In this document: positions 60,382 to 64,000 of the stretch, one piece after another | How positions within the stretch are numbered: the first letter of the stretch is position 1 | Layout: the number at the start of each line of letters is the position of its first letter | Source of the DNA: Planctomycetota bacterium | GTDB lineage: Bacteria > Planctomycetota > Planctomycetia > Pirellulales > Lacipirellulaceae | Direction of reading: 5' to 3' | Assembly (NCBI GenBank): GCA_039190745.1 | Contig: JBCCXZ010000011.1 | Location: 11,223-75,222 of the forward strand | DNA: 64,000 nucleotides | Program-made: the position numbers and the translations under genes | Notes under the pieces: generated by a model | What the model saw: the letters and a program-made list of their open reading frames with translations, nothing else | Database searches by the model: none | Told to the model about the DNA's origin: nothing

Positions 60382-62052
60382 TTACTCACCTCCCTCTAGC
60401 AGCCACCAGGGCCTGGGCAGCGGTGCCCGGACGACGTTTGTCGCGCAGTGGACGTTGCCGCTCCACTTGTGGTATTGGCGGTCGTCGACGAAGCGGATCA
60501 CGACGCCGGTCGGCTCGATCAGCCGACGGACTTCTTCCTGGAACGGGTCGATCTTGCTGTTCCCGGGCCCGTCGATCTCCGGGCCGTCGGGGTCGGCCAT
60601 CGCGATGTGGCCGCCGAGCACCAGGCAGTTCACCATGCAGGGGACCCGCGAGAGGCCGCCCTCGTTGTAGAGGCTGGGGATGCGGATCACCCGCGCGGGG
60701 TCGAGCCGCAGGCCTTCAATGAGCGACTCGATCATCGGGTCGATCCGCTCGGCTTGCAGCTTGCGGTTGCGCTCGAGGAACTGCTCGTCCCCCAGCAGCG
60801 CGCCGACAGTCAGGCCGGGCTCGAAGACGGTGAGCATCGGCGCGTCGGCGTGGCCGTCGGCGGCGAGTTTTTCCAACAGCTTGATGGCGCTGGGCGTGTC
60901 GGGCACGAGCGTCCAGAAGTTGCCGGGCTCGTTCTCGGAGAGTCCTTTGGCGTGCGGGACGAAGCCGATCATCTCGTCGACGTGCTTGATGGTGAGCCAG
61001 CCGACGTCGAGCGGCAGCGGCTCCTGCATTCCCTGGGCGGCGAGCGTGGCGACCACCTCGGGGTTCAGCTGGGCGTTGCGCTCGCGGTCGACCCCGTACA
61101 GGATGCGGCCCAGCGGGTGGCCGGGCACGGGGGGCGTGGCTTCGAGGTTGCCGTACCAGTCGATCCAGCTGACGCCGCCCTCCCCTTCGGCGAACGGTTT
61201 GCGGTACTCGCCGACGCGGACGTAGCCGAAGCCGGGGCCGAGCAACCGGTCGCGGGCGAACAGGTCGACGCCGCGGTTGCGGTTGGAGGGCATGGCCACC
61301 ACCATCCGGTTGCCTGGGACGCTGCACTCGCCGAACTCGACGGCATCCTGCAGCCAGATGTGGTTGGCGGGGTACGGAGCTTCGCCGGGGACGATGTGCA
61401 GTTGGCAGCCGGCGTCGGCGGTCGATTTCGTCAGGCCTTCGAGGAGTGCTTCGTTGCGGTCGGGGAACTCACGGACGAAGGCGATCTCGGGGGGCGCGCT
61501 GCCGGGTCGGAGGATGAGCGGCGCGACGCGGAGAGCGGCCTTCCCCTCGTGGACTACGCCGTCGGCTGCCTCGGCCTTAGCCCGGACCGTAATCGTTCCG
61601 TCCCAGTCGGGCCCGGCGAATCGGCAGGCTTCCACACGGAACGCAATGCCGCCCCCTGGGGTTTCTGGTGACTCCCAGCTTGGGCCCGGTGAGTCTTCTT
61701 CGTCCGGCATGAATAGTCGTGCAGCGCCTTCCGGACACTCAAGGCGCACGGAGAGGTTCTTGAGCGAAGATTCGGAAAGCACTGCGACGATAGCGGCGTC
61801 ATCAAAGTCTTGTGCCGAGTTGAGTCGGTCATCGTCGCAGTCGCGCTTGCCGTCCTCGTCGTCGTCGTCGCAGTTGACGAGGACTAGCCCGCCGGAACGG
61901 AGTGACGCTTCGCCGCTGTATGTATAGTCGTCTTCGTCGATCTTGCCGTCGCGGTTGGCGTCCACAGCGACGACGAAGTCGAGCCCGGACGCGAAACACG
62001 CGTCGGGAGCCAGTCCGCAGGCGACGAGAAAAACAGCGAGCGAGATGCGCAT
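60382..62052 (-). CDS. Protein-arginine deiminase (animal PADI-type), probably secreted
   Basis: LVNCDDD, WLQD, RNRG, GNLEATPP, PLGRILYG, WL...HVDE, MVN.LVLG and GNVHCATNV motifs; signal-peptide-like N-terminus. Confidence 0.9.
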   Translation of the reverse strand: MRISLAVFLVACGLAPDACFASGLDFVVAVDANRDGKIDEDDYTYSGEASLRSGGLVLVNCDDDDEDGKRDCDDDRLNSAQDFDDAAIVAVLSESSLKNLSVRLECPEGAARLFMPDEEDSPGPSWESPETPGGGIAFRVEACRFAGPDWDGTITVRAKAEAADGVVHEGKAALRVAPLILRPGSAPPEIAFVREFPDRNEALLEGLTKSTADAGCQLHIVPGEAPYPANHIWLQDAVEFGECSVPGNRMVVAMPSNRNRGVDLFARDRLLGPGFGYVRVGEYRKPFAEGEGGVSWIDWYGNLEATPPVPGHPLGRILYGVDRERNAQLNPEVVATLAAQGMQEPLPLDVGWLTIKHVDEMIGFVPHAKGLSENEPGNFWTLVPDTPSAIKLLEKLAADGHADAPMLTVFEPGLTVGALLGDEQFLERNRKLQAERIDPMIESLIEGLRLDPARVIRIPSLYNEGGLSRVPCMVNCLVLGGHIAMADPDGPEIDGPGNSKIDPFQEEVRRLIEPTGVVIRFVDDRQYHKWSGNVHCATNVVRAPLPRPWWLLEGGE

Positions 62053-62157
62053 ATGGAACTCCGCGGAAGGTGTGGTCCCCGCTGGAAGGGGACGGCCAAA
62101 GATGTCCTAATGACGCGGCTGGTTCGGGTCAAGGAGTGCGGGGAGAGCGGCGAGCGG

Positions 62158-63702
62158 ATGTTCGACTTGGTGCTGCACAACGGTCGGCTGCTGCCGATGG
62201 CCGACGCCCCGCTGGGGGCGAACGCGGTCGCGGTGCGCGGCGGGCGGATCGCGGCGGTGGGCGGTTCCGAAGAGTTGCTTACAGCGGGCGCTGAGCGGCG
62301 GATTGATCTCGGCGGGCGGACGCTGCTTCCCGGGCTGAACGACGCACACGTGCACGTCTGGAAGGTGGGGCACCTGCTAACAAGCCTGGCTGACCTGCGG
62401 CGTGGGGAGTCGTTCGCTGAGGTCTCGTCCGAGTTGCGGCAGCGGGCGGAGCGGTTGCCGGCGGACGCCTGGATTGCCGGCCGAGGCGTGAACGAGCTGC
62501 GTCTCGCGGAGGGCCGGCTGCCGACGCGGCACGACCTCGACGCGGCGTTGCCGGGCCGGCCTGTGGTGCTGACGCGCACCTGCGGGCACGTGGCGATCGC
62601 CAGCACGCGGGCGTTGGAGTTGGCGGGCATTGGCGCCGCGACCGAACCGCCGTCGGGCGGGGAGATTCTCCGCGAGGCGGACGGCTCGCCTAGCGGCGTG
62701 CTCACCGAGACGGCGATTCCGCTCGTCCAAGCGGCAATGCCGGCGCCGACCGACGCCGACTACCGGGAGATGATCGCTGCGGCGACGCGGCACCAGCTGG
62801 CCCTGGGCATCACCGCGGCGACCGACCCCGGCGTGAACGACCAATTGCTCGGCGTGTACTGCGCGATGGACGCCGCCGGCGAGTTGCCGGGGCGGTACAA
62901 CGTGATGCGTTTCCCCGAGAGTAAGCTGCCGCGCGAGTCGCCAACGGAGCACCTGCGGGTTGACACCGTGAAGTTCTTCATGGACGGCGGGTTGAGTGGC
63001 GCCACCGCTGCGCTCACACAGCGGTACAAGCACGCCGACACGACCGGCGTGCTGCGGCTCACGACCGGAGAGCTGATCGAACAAGCGCGGCCGCTCGCGG
63101 AGGCGGGGTGGCGGATCGCCACGCACGTGATCGGCGACGCGGCGATCGGGGCCGCGCTCGGCGCTTACGCCGAGCTGCCAAAAGCTGAAGGGCCGCACCG
63201 TTTGGAGCATCTCGGGCTGCCGGCCGGCGAACACCTGCGGCGAGCGGCCGAACTCGGCGTGGGCGTCGCGACGCAGACCATCTTCCTGCCGGAGTTGGGC
63301 GGGAATTTCCGCCAGTACCTGCCGGACGAGTTCCCTGTGACGCCCTACCCGGTACGGTCGATGCTCGCCGCGGGGCTGGTGACGGCGCTGTCTTCAGACG
63401 CCCCGGTGGTGGTGGACGACAACCCGCTTGCCGGCGTGCGCGCGGCGGTCGACCGGCTGACCGACGGCGGTGATGAGATCGACGCGGCCGAGTCGATCGA
63501 TGTCGCGGCGGCGCTGCACGGGTACACACAGGCGGGCGCCGTGTTGGCGGGCGAGCAGGCAAGCATGGGGAGCATCGAGATCGGCAAGTGGGCGGACCTG
63601 GCGGTGCTGGACCGAGACCCGCTGGAGACGCCGGTCGAGGAACTGACGAAGGTGCGCGTCGACATGACGCTGGTTGGCGGCGAGGTGGTTTTCGAGCGTT
63701 GA
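62158..63702 (+). CDS. YtcJ-like amidohydrolase
   Basis: PGLNDAHVH, K.FMDG, THVIGD, RLEH, SSDAP and GKWADL motifs; ATG at 62158. Confidence 0.92.
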   Translation: MFDLVLHNGRLLPMADAPLGANAVAVRGGRIAAVGGSEELLTAGAERRIDLGGRTLLPGLNDAHVHVWKVGHLLTSLADLRRGESFAEVSSELRQRAERLPADAWIAGRGVNELRLAEGRLPTRHDLDAALPGRPVVLTRTCGHVAIASTRALELAGIGAATEPPSGGEILREADGSPSGVLTETAIPLVQAAMPAPTDADYREMIAAATRHQLALGITAATDPGVNDQLLGVYCAMDAAGELPGRYNVMRFPESKLPRESPTEHLRVDTVKFFMDGGLSGATAALTQRYKHADTTGVLRLTTGELIEQARPLAEAGWRIATHVIGDAAIGAALGAYAELPKAEGPHRLEHLGLPAGEHLRRAAELGVGVATQTIFLPELGGNFRQYLPDEFPVTPYPVRSMLAAGLVTALSSDAPVVVDDNPLAGVRAAVDRLTDGGDEIDAAESIDVAAALHGYTQAGAVLAGEQASMGSIEIGKWADLAVLDRDPLETPVEELTKVRVDMTLVGGEVVFER

Positions 63703-63845
63703 CCATATGCAGCTGTGGAGTTGAGCGCCTTCTGTAGGAGGCCTCTCCGAGGCCGATAACGGTCACCACTGGAAGATGGAATCGGGCTCAGAGAGCCCTC
63801 CCACAAGACCTGATTGAACTTAAATGAGCTCACGGGAGTCCTCGC

Positions 63846-64000
63846 ATGGCAGATCACACTTGGAAGCAATACATCGGCGGCGAATGGGTCGACGCCGCGG
63901 GCGGCGGGACCGACGCGGTGCTCGACCCGGCCACGGGTGAGGCGGTGCAGACCGTGCCGTTCGGCGACGCGGAAGATTGCCGGCAGGCGCTGGCCGCGGC
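63846..64000 (+). CDS. Aldehyde dehydrogenase family protein, 5' part (runs off the window)
   Basis: MADHTWKQYIGGEWVDAAGG...VLDPATGE...D...ALAA; GGAG upstream. Confidence 0.8.
   Translation, partial: MADHTWKQYIGGEWVDAAGGGTDAVLDPATGEAVQTVPFGDAEDCRQALAA

Overview
GC-rich bacterial chromosome segment. Lineage markers (two DUF1559 proteins, a BBP7-type barrel, an LEPR-xLL-type N-terminal motif, an ECF sigma/Ser-Thr kinase pair, Zn-insert signal peptidases) point to a planctomycete, probably Pirellulales (inference). Most of the window is housekeeping or envelope genes: nadA, prfB (programmed +1 frameshift), mnmA, floA, purE, tadA, dnaE, glcDEF, two signal peptidases I, lptB, an MrfA/MrfB-like repair pair, a Tad pseudopilin cassette and TPR proteins. 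The most interesting items are: (1) a compact HUH/Y1 transposase (RAYT-like) bracketed by perfect 29-bp inverted REP-like palindromes, with two more copies nearby, one showing compensatory stem changes; (2) an unannotated ~140-nt rod-shaped RNA candidate with its own terminator at 24.4-24.6 kb; (3) an apparently secreted animal-type peptidyl-arginine deiminase with all catalytic motifs; (4) a palindromic operator over the -10 box of the DNA-repair helicase, a candidate SOS-like box; (5) an AT-richer islet behind prfB with a structured leader, an 81-aa orphan and an XRE regulator. No rRNA, tRNA or CRISPR array was recognised. All calls are by-eye motif recognition; no database searches were run.
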